Of a stretch of DNA of 32,000 nt, positions 8,297 to 15,853 are shown piece after piece. The position numbers and the translations under genes were made by a program. The stretch is taken from positions 3,090,001 to 3,122,000 of the forward strand of contig NZ_CP011304.1 in NCBI RefSeq assembly GCF_000981785.2. Reading direction: 5' to 3'. How positions within the stretch are numbered: the stretch's first letter is position 1; every line of letters starts with the position of its first letter. The DNA comes from Microcystis aeruginosa NIES-2549. Its GTDB lineage: Bacteria > Cyanobacteriota > Cyanobacteriia > Cyanobacteriales > Microcystaceae. Under the pieces are notes generated by a model, which saw nothing but the letters and a program-made list of their open reading frames with translations, ran no database searches and was not told the DNA's origin.

Positions 8297-8629
8297 TTAT
8301 CGGCGTTGTATAAAGAATTGATTAGGGTTGATCAAGCTTTTTGCCAGTGATTTGGCTAATCTTTCCTCCTGATCTGGGGATTGTCCGAAAAGATGCTCTA
8401 CAATTCGCTTAACTTCTGTACGGATACCGGTGACTTCGTTGCGGAAAAACTGTTGATCGCTCTCAGCTTGAGTGATAAATTGGTTTAAGCACTCGTTGGT
8501 TCGTTCAAAACTCCCTGCTATTGTCCTAACCTCACGGGTTAGCTGTGCTATATCTTCTCGATTCTGTTGCGTGAGGACAACGGTAGCCTGTAGTATGCTC
8601 TCGATCCGTTCTAATCTTTCATCCGTCAT
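8297..8629 (-). CDS. hypothetical protein, probably coiled-coil (110 aa)
   Basis: ATG-initiated ORF with charged, heptad-like composition. I recognise no family. Confidence 0.45.
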   Translation of the reverse strand: MTDERLERIESILQATVVLTQQNREDIAQLTREVRTIAGSFERTNECLNQFITQAESDQQFFRNEVTGIRTEVKRIVEHLFGQSPDQEERLAKSLAKSLINPNQFFIQRR

Positions 8630-8883
8630 CGGTTACAATCCCTTTAGAGCTTTTTATCTGTCTCTTGCCAATAGTAGTCGTTAAGGGACTATTTTAATTA
8701 TGGGAGATCAATCACGGAACATGAGGATTATTATGTCTCACGGTCGAGAAACTGTTAGTAACTCAAGGTCAAAATTCTTGCCAGAAGAAGAACATAAGCG
8801 ATTGCAAAATTAGCCCTATTCCCATAATAACAGAAAAGGTTTGAGTTTGAGTTTGAGTTTAATTTTATCTAGAAAATTTTGTC

Positions 8884-9270
8884 ATGAAAAATCTTCAACA
8901 AACTATTAGATTTACTTTATTATATTTACTTCTTACTGCCAGAGTTCTTGCCGCACCACCTCCCACTCGTATTAATGATTGTTCTAACACTTTTATCCAA
9001 GAAATAACCACCAGATTTGATGACGACCCTGATGCGGAAGCAGTTGTGGTTCTAACCAACGGAGTTGTTCTGTTTTTCTATGTTAAACTTGATGAAGTTC
9101 CAGCTTTAAAAACAGCTTTACCCGGCGATAAAGTAAAACTCTGTTTAACTAAAGTGCCAGATAATTGTCCACCGGGTGATGAACGAGGTAAAATTTATAG
9201 TGTGTTAAACTATAGAACTCAACAGTATTTTAAAGCGATGAATTCTTGGCATTACTGTGGGGGTGCTTAA
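8884..9270 (+). CDS. hypothetical secreted protein (128 aa)
   Basis: N-terminal signal peptide MKNLQQTIRFTLLYLLLTARVLA/AP and 5 Cys in the predicted mature part. Coding sequence is AT-rich. I recognise no family. Confidence 0.45.
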   Translation: MKNLQQTIRFTLLYLLLTARVLAAPPPTRINDCSNTFIQEITTRFDDDPDAEAVVVLTNGVVLFFYVKLDEVPALKTALPGDKVKLCLTKVPDNCPPGDERGKIYSVLNYRTQQYFKAMNSWHYCGGA

Positions 9271-9535
9271 CATTAGTAAGCTTATTTTTGTAAGCCATAT
9301 TTAGTCTTAGCCATCTCAAACAAACTAAAGTCTATCAAGAAGCAATAAAAGAAAGTAGAAAAGAAGGTCAACAACGGGGGAAATTACCGGCATAACTTAG
9401 ATTATCTTACCCTCGCTATTTCCTTAGACTTGGACAACGTTTTTGCAATCAGTTAAGTTAATCGTTTTTCAATCATTCCAGATGGAAAAAATTAATCTAT
9501 CCCGGAATCATGAATAACGATTAATTATTAATACT

Positions 9536-10333
9536 TTAACCAAAACGACCGCTAACATAATCTCTAGTGGACTCTTGAGCGGGATTTTGAAAGATAACCT
9601 CTGTGCGATCATATTCCACTAAATAACCTACTTTACCGCCTTTTCGGGTCGGTTCAGCATTATAAAAAGCCGTTAAATCAGAAACCCGCGACGCTTGTTG
9701 CATATTATGAGTAACAATAACTATAGTATATTGGGTTTTCAATTCGTGAATTAATTCCTCAATTTTTAGGGTAGAAATTGGATCGAGTGCCGCACAGGGT
9801 TCATCCATTAAAACAACTTCCGGTTTAACCGCAATAGCGCGAGCAATACATAACCTTTGTTGTTGTCCCCCCGATAAAGCTAAACCACTTTCTTTGAGTT
9901 TATCTTTAACATCATCCCAGAGAACGGCTTTTTTTAAAGATTCTTCCACTAATTGATCCATATCGCCGATGTAGCCATTTAAGCGCGCCCCAAAAGCGAT
10001 ATTTTCATAGATAGATTTAGGAAAAGGATTCGGTTTCTGAAAAACCATACCGATGCGACTGCGTAACCCGATAGGATTAACGGAATTACCATAAATATCT
10101 TGACCGCGAAAGGTAACTTTTCCTTCAATTTTGGCACTTTTAACTAGATCATTCATGCGATTAAAACAGCGTAAAACTGTACTTTTTCCGCAGCCAGAGG
10201 GACCGATAAAAGCGATCACTTTTTTCTCAGGAATATCAAGGTTAACATCACGAACAGCGAGATTAGAACCATAGTAAACATTTAAGTTTTTGGTTCTCAA
10301 AACTGCATCGGTGACAACATCGGTACTATACAT
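9536..10333 (-). CDS. pstB: phosphate ABC transporter ATP-binding protein (distal copy)
   Basis: [35 protein letters not shown] and THNMQQA. The track start at 10342 is a TTG. I prefer the ATG at 10331-10333 (MYSTDV...). Confidence 0.9.
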   Translation of the reverse strand: MYSTDVVTDAVLRTKNLNVYYGSNLAVRDVNLDIPEKKVIAFIGPSGCGKSTVLRCFNRMNDLVKSAKIEGKVTFRGQDIYGNSVNPIGLRSRIGMVFQKPNPFPKSIYENIAFGARLNGYIGDMDQLVEESLKKAVLWDDVKDKLKESGLALSGGQQQRLCIARAIAVKPEVVLMDEPCAALDPISTLKIEELIHELKTQYTIVIVTHNMQQASRVSDLTAFYNAEPTRKGGKVGYLVEYDRTEVIFQNPAQESTRDYVSGRFG

Positions 10334-10425
10334 AATTTTCAAAGGAAATAAGGAGATGGGTGTTTTTTTCAGTGACCAGTAAACAGTAATCAGTGAAAAG
10401 AAAACTCCAAACTTGCCACTTTATA

Positions 10426-10479
10426 CTGATAACTGATAACTGATAACTGATAACTGATAACTGATAACTGATAACTGAT
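10426..10479. repeat. (CTGATAA) x7.7 tandem heptamer array
   Basis: Seven perfect units plus CTGAT. The array ends on the base next to the stop codon (10480-10482) of the upstream pstB copy. Confidence 0.95.
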
Positions 10480-11283
10480 TTAGCCAAAACGTCCACTAAC
10501 ATAATCTTTAGTTGCTTTTTCTTGAGGATCACTAAAGATTTTGTCCGTATGATCAAACTCGACTAGATAACCAATTTTGCCACCTTTATCGGTGGGTTCA
10601 GCGTTATAAAAAGCCGTTAAATCCGCTACTCTGGTGGCTTGTTGCATATTGTGAGTAACAATAATAATTGTATAACGTTCTTTTAATTCGTGCATTAATT
10701 CCTCAACTTTTAAAGTTGAAATTGGATCCAGTGCCGAACAGGGTTCATCCATTAATAATACTTCTGGTTGAGCGGCAATAGCGCGAGCAATACATAATCT
10801 TTGTTGTTGTCCCCCCGATAGGGAAAAACCGCTTTCTTTTAGTTTATCTTTTACCTCGTCCCAGAGAGCAGCTCGACGCAGGGAAGTTTCTACTAATTCA
10901 TCTAAATCACCTTTATAACCATTTAATCGCGCTCCGTAAACCACATTATCATAAATGGATTTGGGAAAAGGATTAGGGCGCTGGAACACCATACCGATAT
11001 ATTTTCTTACTTCGACCGGATCCACATCTTGAGAGTAAATATCTTGGTTATGATAAAAAACTTTGCCGTCAATACGAAAACCGTGAATTAAATCATTGAG
11101 ACGATTAAAACACCTGAGAATGGTACTTTTTCCACAGCCAGAGGGTCCGATAAAAGCGGTGACTTTATTTTTGGGAATATGGATGGAAACGTCTCGTACT
11201 GCTCGATAATTACCATAGTAAATATTAGCATTATCCACCTTTAAAACGGTTGCAGTTGATTGGGTAGTGCGATTAGTTAGCAT
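10480..11283 (-). CDS. pstB: phosphate ABC transporter ATP-binding protein (proximal copy)
   Basis: [35 protein letters not shown] and THNMQQA. It is a close paralogue of the 9536-10333 product. A tandem pstB-pstB arrangement is known from the Synechocystis pst1 operon. Confidence 0.9.
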   Translation of the reverse strand: MLTNRTTQSTATVLKVDNANIYYGNYRAVRDVSIHIPKNKVTAFIGPSGCGKSTILRCFNRLNDLIHGFRIDGKVFYHNQDIYSQDVDPVEVRKYIGMVFQRPNPFPKSIYDNVVYGARLNGYKGDLDELVETSLRRAALWDEVKDKLKESGFSLSGGQQQRLCIARAIAAQPEVLLMDEPCSALDPISTLKVEELMHELKERYTIIIVTHNMQQATRVADLTAFYNAEPTDKGGKIGYLVEFDHTDKIFSDPQEKATKDYVSGRFG

Positions 11284-11377
11284 AAATTATTGACCTTGAA
11301 TTTGGATAATTGAGAAATTGGAAAGATAGGTAGATTTTTACTTAAATATCCCTTTTTACTTTTTCCCTGACTTAAGT

Positions 11378-11463
11378 AGGGAGGCACAATTATTTGTAGG
11401 ATGGGTTAGCGATAGCGTAACATAATCGGGCGTTGGGTTTCATGCTTCAACCCAACCTACGTT
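11378..11463. mobile_element. MITE-like structured repeat, copy 1 (no ORF)
   Basis: About 86 bp, near-identical to 14906-15042 apart from the insertion in that copy. It is flanked by imperfect direct repeats 11352-11380 and 11464-11491. Confidence 0.6.
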
Positions 11464-11483
11464 CTTTTTACTTTTTCCTTGAC

Positions 11484-12377
11484 TTAATAGGTTTTCTGGC
11501 GCGTGGCTAAACGGGATAAAATGTTAGTTACCAACACCAAAAACACCAGAATTAAAGCTCCTGCCCAAGCTAATTGCTGTTGGGGGGCAAAAGGGGCAGT
11601 AGCAAAGTTGAAAACCAGGACCGAAAGGGTGGCAATCGGTTCCAAGATACCCCGAGGCCAAAAGTTAGAGAATAATGCCGTAAAAATTAAAGAGGCGGTT
11701 TCTCCAGCCGCCCTAGCAATTGCTAAAGTAACACCGGTCAAAATAGCGGGAACTGCGGCAGGAAGGACGATTTTTAGGACGGTTTGGTAATTATAGGCCC
11801 CCAAACCCATGGCCGCCCAGCGGATGTCTTGGGGAACGATTTTTAAAGCCTCATCGGTGGTTCTAATAATAGTGGGTAACATTAACACGGCTAAACCGAT
11901 CGAACCGGCAAGGGCAGAAAAGCCTAAAAGGGCTGTTCCTTCGCCAAATAATGGCGCAACTAGCAAACCGTAGGCGAAAACCCCGACAATAATCGAAGGA
12001 ACGCCCGCTAACACGTTGGTAGCGAAGCGCACACCCTGGGCAAGTTTGTTATCACCGCTAAATTCCGAGAGATAAACCGCCGCTAAAACGCCGATGGGAA
12101 CTGCGATCGCTGTGGCTAGGGCAACGACGATAATTGTGCCTAAAATGGCGTTAGCGATGCCTCCTCCTCCTAACCCCGGCGGTGGCGGTAATTTGGTAAA
12201 GAGATTGGCGTTTAAACTGCCCACCCCTTGTACAAAAACGAAGCCTAGGACGGCAAAAAGCGGAATAATCGTCACTGTTAAACATAAACCCGATAGAACG
12301 GTCATAATTGTCCCCAATAGCGATCGAGGACTACCCGGTTTCTTTTTGAGATTATTGCCTAAATTCGCACTATCCAT
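11484..12377 (-). CDS. pstA: phosphate ABC transporter permease PstA
   Basis: 297-aa membrane protein with EAA loop AAMGLGAYNYQTVLKIVLPAA. The ATG is immediately preceded by heptamer repeats, so there is no Shine-Dalgarno sequence. Confidence 0.9.
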   Translation of the reverse strand: MDSANLGNNLKKKPGSPRSLLGTIMTVLSGLCLTVTIIPLFAVLGFVFVQGVGSLNANLFTKLPPPPGLGGGGIANAILGTIIVVALATAIAVPIGVLAAVYLSEFSGDNKLAQGVRFATNVLAGVPSIIVGVFAYGLLVAPLFGEGTALLGFSALAGSIGLAVLMLPTIIRTTDEALKIVPQDIRWAAMGLGAYNYQTVLKIVLPAAVPAILTGVTLAIARAAGETASLIFTALFSNFWPRGILEPIATLSVLVFNFATAPFAPQQQLAWAGALILVFLVLVTNILSRLATRQKTY

Positions 12378-12544
12378 ATCAGTTATCAGTTATCAGTTAT
12401 CAGTTATCAGTTATCAGTGAAGAGTGAACAGTAATCAGTAATCAGTAATCAGTGAACAGTAATCAGTGAACAGTGAAAAGACAGCAGTAAACTGCCATTT
12501 GATGATGAACACTTAATACTCAAAACTCAAAACTGATAACTGAT
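12378..12544. repeat. composite heptamer-repeat spacer: (ATCAGTT)x5-6, CAGTAAT/CAGTGAA units, terminal AACTGATAACTGAT
   Basis: Direct reading. The first array (12378-12418) is the reverse complement of the CTGATAA arrays. The last 14 nt (12531-12544) are in CTGATAA orientation, 3 nt from the pstC stop. Confidence 0.9.
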
Positions 12545-12547
12545 GGC

Positions 12548-13507
12548 TTAATACTTAGCTTTGACACGATTAACGATTAATTCGGCGAAGATATTGACTA
12601 CTAGAGTCAAAACCAAGAGAACAAAACCCGCATACATTAAAGCCGATATTTGCATTCCCGAGGCTTCGGCGAATTGGTTAGCCAATAAGGAAGCGATCGT
12701 GTTAGCAGGAGCGAGAATAGAGGCACTAATGCGGTTAGAATTGCCGATAATCATCGTTACTGCCATGGTTTCCCCTAAAGCGCGCCCTAAAGCTAACATA
12801 ATCCCCCCGACAATCCCGGAAAAAGCGGCGGGAATTAATACCCGAAAAATCGTTTCCCAACGGGTGGCCCCCAAGCCTAGGGAAGCTTGCCGCAAATCTG
12901 GCGGTAAAGCGGCCAAAGAGTCACGAGAGATAGCGATAATAATCGGCAGGATCATAATTGCTAAAATTACCCCCGCCGGTAACATCCCAGGACCCCCTAA
13001 AGGAGTACTAAAAAGAGGAATCCAACTAAAATTAGCATTTAGCCAGTTACCAAGGGGTCTGATGATAGGAATCAGTACAAATATACCCCACAATCCGTAA
13101 ACAACACTGGGAATAGCGGCCAAAAGTTGTACGAGAAAAACCAAAATTGTCCGCGCATTTAAGGGAATAAAATCTTCGCTTAAAAAAATGGCCGAACCGA
13201 TACCGAGGGGAACAGCAATCAGGAGTGCAATCAGAGAACTAACGAGAGTCCCGTAGATAACGGGCAGAACTCCGAATTCTTCCCGACCGCGCACGGGATT
13301 CCAAGCACTACTGGTCAAAAATCCCAGACCAAAGCTTTGAATCGCCGGTAAAGCCCGAATAAAAATAACTAGGGCAATCAGGAGCAAAATTAGCCCAATA
13401 GCGATGGCAAAGGCGGTAGTCAATCCCACAAAGCCTTTATCGAGGATTTTTTCCGATTCCGGACGTTCTTTAAAATTTGAGTCGGGTGAAACTGTGGGCG
13501 CACTCAT
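12548..13507 (-). CDS. pstC: phosphate ABC transporter permease PstC
   Basis: 319 aa with EAA loop ASLGLGATRWETIFRVLIPAA. It is colinear with the 4296-5270 product. Confidence 0.9.
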   Translation of the reverse strand: MSAPTVSPDSNFKERPESEKILDKGFVGLTTAFAIAIGLILLLIALVIFIRALPAIQSFGLGFLTSSAWNPVRGREEFGVLPVIYGTLVSSLIALLIAVPLGIGSAIFLSEDFIPLNARTILVFLVQLLAAIPSVVYGLWGIFVLIPIIRPLGNWLNANFSWIPLFSTPLGGPGMLPAGVILAIMILPIIIAISRDSLAALPPDLRQASLGLGATRWETIFRVLIPAAFSGIVGGIMLALGRALGETMAVTMIIGNSNRISASILAPANTIASLLANQFAEASGMQISALMYAGFVLLVLTLVVNIFAELIVNRVKAKY

Positions 13508-13601
13508 GATTAGGGTTTAAATCCAGCTAGTTTGCGGTAGCTAAGGTCGAAATTGGCCTTTCTCCACTATTATTGTAACTTTGAATACATTTTTTCGGCG
13601 A

Positions 13602-14723
13602 CTAATCCACCTTGATCGTGTAATCAGGATAGATGACATCGGCGGCAGCGGCTACTCGTTCGCGGACATTTTTCGGCAGGGGAATGTAACCAAGGGCGGC
13701 GGACTGTTCCTGTCCCTGATTGAGTCCAAATTCGATCATCGCCTCCATAGCTAAAGCTTTTTGGGGATTGTCGTATTTTTTATAAACTAACATCCAACTA
13801 TAAGTGACAATGGGGTAGGAATTTTCCCCCGGCGGATCGATGATAAAAGCGCGTAAATTTTCAGGCAGTTCGACGTTAGCGAGGGTAGCGGCGGCGTTGG
13901 TTTCATCGGGGGCGACAAATTTACCCGCCTGGTTTTGTAGAGCGGCCATGGGCAGGTTATTATTTTTAGCGAAACCGTACTCAATATAGCCGATCGAGCC
14001 TTGATTTTGTTGAATTAGGGCAGTTACACCCTCATTGCCCCTACCACCGAGAAATTTACCTTTTTTGGTCGGCCATTGTACGGCTTTTCCTTCCCCGATG
14101 CTTTTTTTCCATTCGGGACTAACGGCGCTTAAAAACTTGGTAAAAACTCCCGTTGTCCCGCTACCGTCTGCCCGGTGAACTACGGTAATTTCTTCATCGG
14201 GTAGTTTTAAATCGGGGTTATCGGCGGCAATTTTGGCATCGTTCCAACGGGTAATCGTGCCTAAAAAGATGCCTATATATGCTTCTCTACTTAGTTTCAG
14301 CCCTTCTACTCCGGGCAAATTATAAGCCATAACGATGCTTCCCGCCGTCATCGGTAGCAGTAACACCCCGCGGCTAACTCTGGCCATATCCTCGTCACTC
14401 ATGGCCACATCGGAAGCGCCAAAATCGATCGTACCTTGAATAAATTGTTCGACTCCTGCCCCGCTACCGGTAGATTGATAGTTAATTAGCAGTTTAGAAA
14501 ATAGTTGATTGATGGTGACAAACCAGTTTTGATATAGGGGTGCAGGAAAAGAAGCACCTGCGCCATTGAGGGCGACCTCTCCTTGCAGAGGAACTTGGGC
14601 GATTCTATTGCTTCCCTCTCCGCTGGTTCCCGCCGTATCGCCGCCACCACAAGCGGTTAAAGTCGCTGTTAAAGTCGCTAGGGATAAGGCTGTTAGTAAA
14701 TGAGTTCTGTTTTTGTTGGGCAT
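13602..14723 (-). CDS. pstS: phosphate-binding lipoprotein PstS
   Basis: 373 aa with lipobox LTACGG. Motifs NGAGASFPAPLYQ, GSGAGVEQF, DFGASD and RADGSGTT. Confidence 0.9.
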   Translation of the reverse strand: MPNKNRTHLLTALSLATLTATLTACGGGDTAGTSGEGSNRIAQVPLQGEVALNGAGASFPAPLYQNWFVTINQLFSKLLINYQSTGSGAGVEQFIQGTIDFGASDVAMSDEDMARVSRGVLLLPMTAGSIVMAYNLPGVEGLKLSREAYIGIFLGTITRWNDAKIAADNPDLKLPDEEITVVHRADGSGTTGVFTKFLSAVSPEWKKSIGEGKAVQWPTKKGKFLGGRGNEGVTALIQQNQGSIGYIEYGFAKNNNLPMAALQNQAGKFVAPDETNAAATLANVELPENLRAFIIDPPGENSYPIVTYSWMLVYKKYDNPQKALAMEAMIEFGLNQGQEQSAALGYIPLPKNVRERVAAAADVIYPDYTIKVD

Positions 14724-14780
14724 AGGATTAATTTTGATCCGTAAACTGCCTTAAATTTTACGCTAAAAGTTACCACGGCT

Positions 14781-14810
14781 TGGTAAAGAATAGGTTAAGA
14801 AGTCAATAAA
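14781..14810 (-). promoter_or_regulatory. candidate Pho box for the second pstS
   Basis: The minus strand reads TTTATTGA-ctt-CTTAACCT-att-CTTTACCA: two good 8-bp units and one weak one on an 11-bp register. A TAAAAT -10 candidate (14755-14760) lies 20 nt downstream. Confidence 0.5.
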
Positions 14811-14905
14811 AAACATAATGTATTGCCAAGAAAAGTTTTCTCGATAACTAGACAAAAATCTCAACTTCTTTGACTATTTATTTTGACTAAACATTAGTTT
14901 TAAGT

Positions 14906-15042
14906 AGGGAGGCACAATTATTTGTAGGATGGGTTAGCGGTAGCGTAACCCATGCGGGCGTTGGGTTTCATGCTTCAACCGTTCGGACTTCGGCGTGAGC
15001 TCAGTCGAACGCTGAGCTCACGGCCGAAGCCCAACCTACGTT
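14906..15042. mobile_element. MITE-like structured repeat, copy 2, carrying a nested palindromic insertion of about 50 bp
   Basis: Same core as 11378-11463. An extra segment at 14981-15031 interrupts the second hairpin. The copy is flanked by 41-bp direct repeats 14865-14905 and 15043-15083 (1 mismatch). Confidence 0.65.
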
Positions 15043-15233
15043 CTTCTTTTACTATTTATTTTGACTAAACATTAGTTTTAAGTCGCGGTAAAGCCGCTAA
15101 CTTTTCCTGTTTAGATAGGGGTTTTCTCTTTCCCTATCATTGTAGGGACGTAAAAACAACAAAGAAAAGATTAAGGTTTACAGCCAAAACCTAACGCCAT
15201 TTTTTTACTTTTTACTTTCTCCTTTTCACACCT

Positions 15234-15708
15234 ATGCTAGAAATTTTTACTCATCTATCACCTCCCACCAAAGTAGTAGCAATTGTCCTAGGAACTGCCC
15301 TACTTTTACCCGCCTGTGTCAATATTTCCACTCAAGACCTGAAACCGATTAAAATCGATGGTTCGAGTACCGTAGCACCAATTACTGACAAAGTTCTCGA
15401 AGATTTTAAAGCTAAGAATCCCTCCCATGAGCGCGACGGGAGTGTCAACTCGTCCTTTGTTTATTTATGTTAATGCCCAAAAAGCCCAAGAGAATCCCGC
15501 TTTAGAGAAATTTGTCGAACATTATCTCGATCGAGTTCCCAATTTATTAGATAATATTGGTTATATTCCCCTACCCGACGAGGCCTATTATTTGGCACGG
15601 GTACAGTTGCAAAAATTTGAGGTAGAAACAGTTTTTGATTGCCGACCTCAACCCAATTTAACCATCGGGGAATTACTTCGCAAACAAGCCCAATTTGAAG
15701 CTAAGTAA
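15234..15708 (+). pseudogene. internally deleted, frameshifted sphX-like phosphate-binding protein gene
   Basis: ORF 15234-15473 encodes a lipoprotein signal (LLPAC) plus IKIDGSSTVAPIT. ORF 15427-15708 encodes RPLFIYVNAQKAQ...GYIPL...ELLRKQAQF. These match the N- and C-terminal ends of the 7174-8190 product. The central part, about 190 codons, is absent, and the junction at about 15450 changes frame. Confidence 0.8.
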
Positions 15709-15803
15709 CGATTCCCATCTGGAAAATATATAGGAATTTTCCTGCTGCCATCTGACTCCTACTATAGCAAGAGGTTGGCCAATTTAAAGCAACAGAGATA
15801 CAG

Positions 15804-15827
15804 AAAAAAAGAGGGGATAAACCCCCC
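15804..15827 (-). terminator. rho-independent terminator of nirA
   Basis: The minus strand reads GGGGGG-TTTAT-CCCCTC followed by TTTTTTT, 27 nt after the nirA stop. Confidence 0.6.
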
Positions 15828-15853
15828 ATTCAGCGTATCGAGAAACTTGCTAA

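Noticed and set aside
8700-8813. 37-codon ORF (MGDQSRNMRIIMSHGRETVSNSRSKFLPEEEHKRLQN)
   Set aside because: It has no ribosome-binding site and no recognisable family, and it is short enough to arise by chance. It is mentioned only within the AT-rich segment finding.
10326-10556. 76-aa ORF spanning the pstB-pstB spacer
   Set aside because: It is made of the translated CTGATAA array plus the antisense of the pstB 3' end, so it is spurious. The same applies to 12094-12420.
12561-13100. Long antisense ORFs inside pst, trpD and nirA genes (e.g. 12561-13100, 18129-18665, 5710-6159, 3753-4154, 2638-3024)
   Set aside because: Each lies opposite a strongly supported conserved gene and shows low-complexity, Arg/Pro-rich translations typical of shadow frames.
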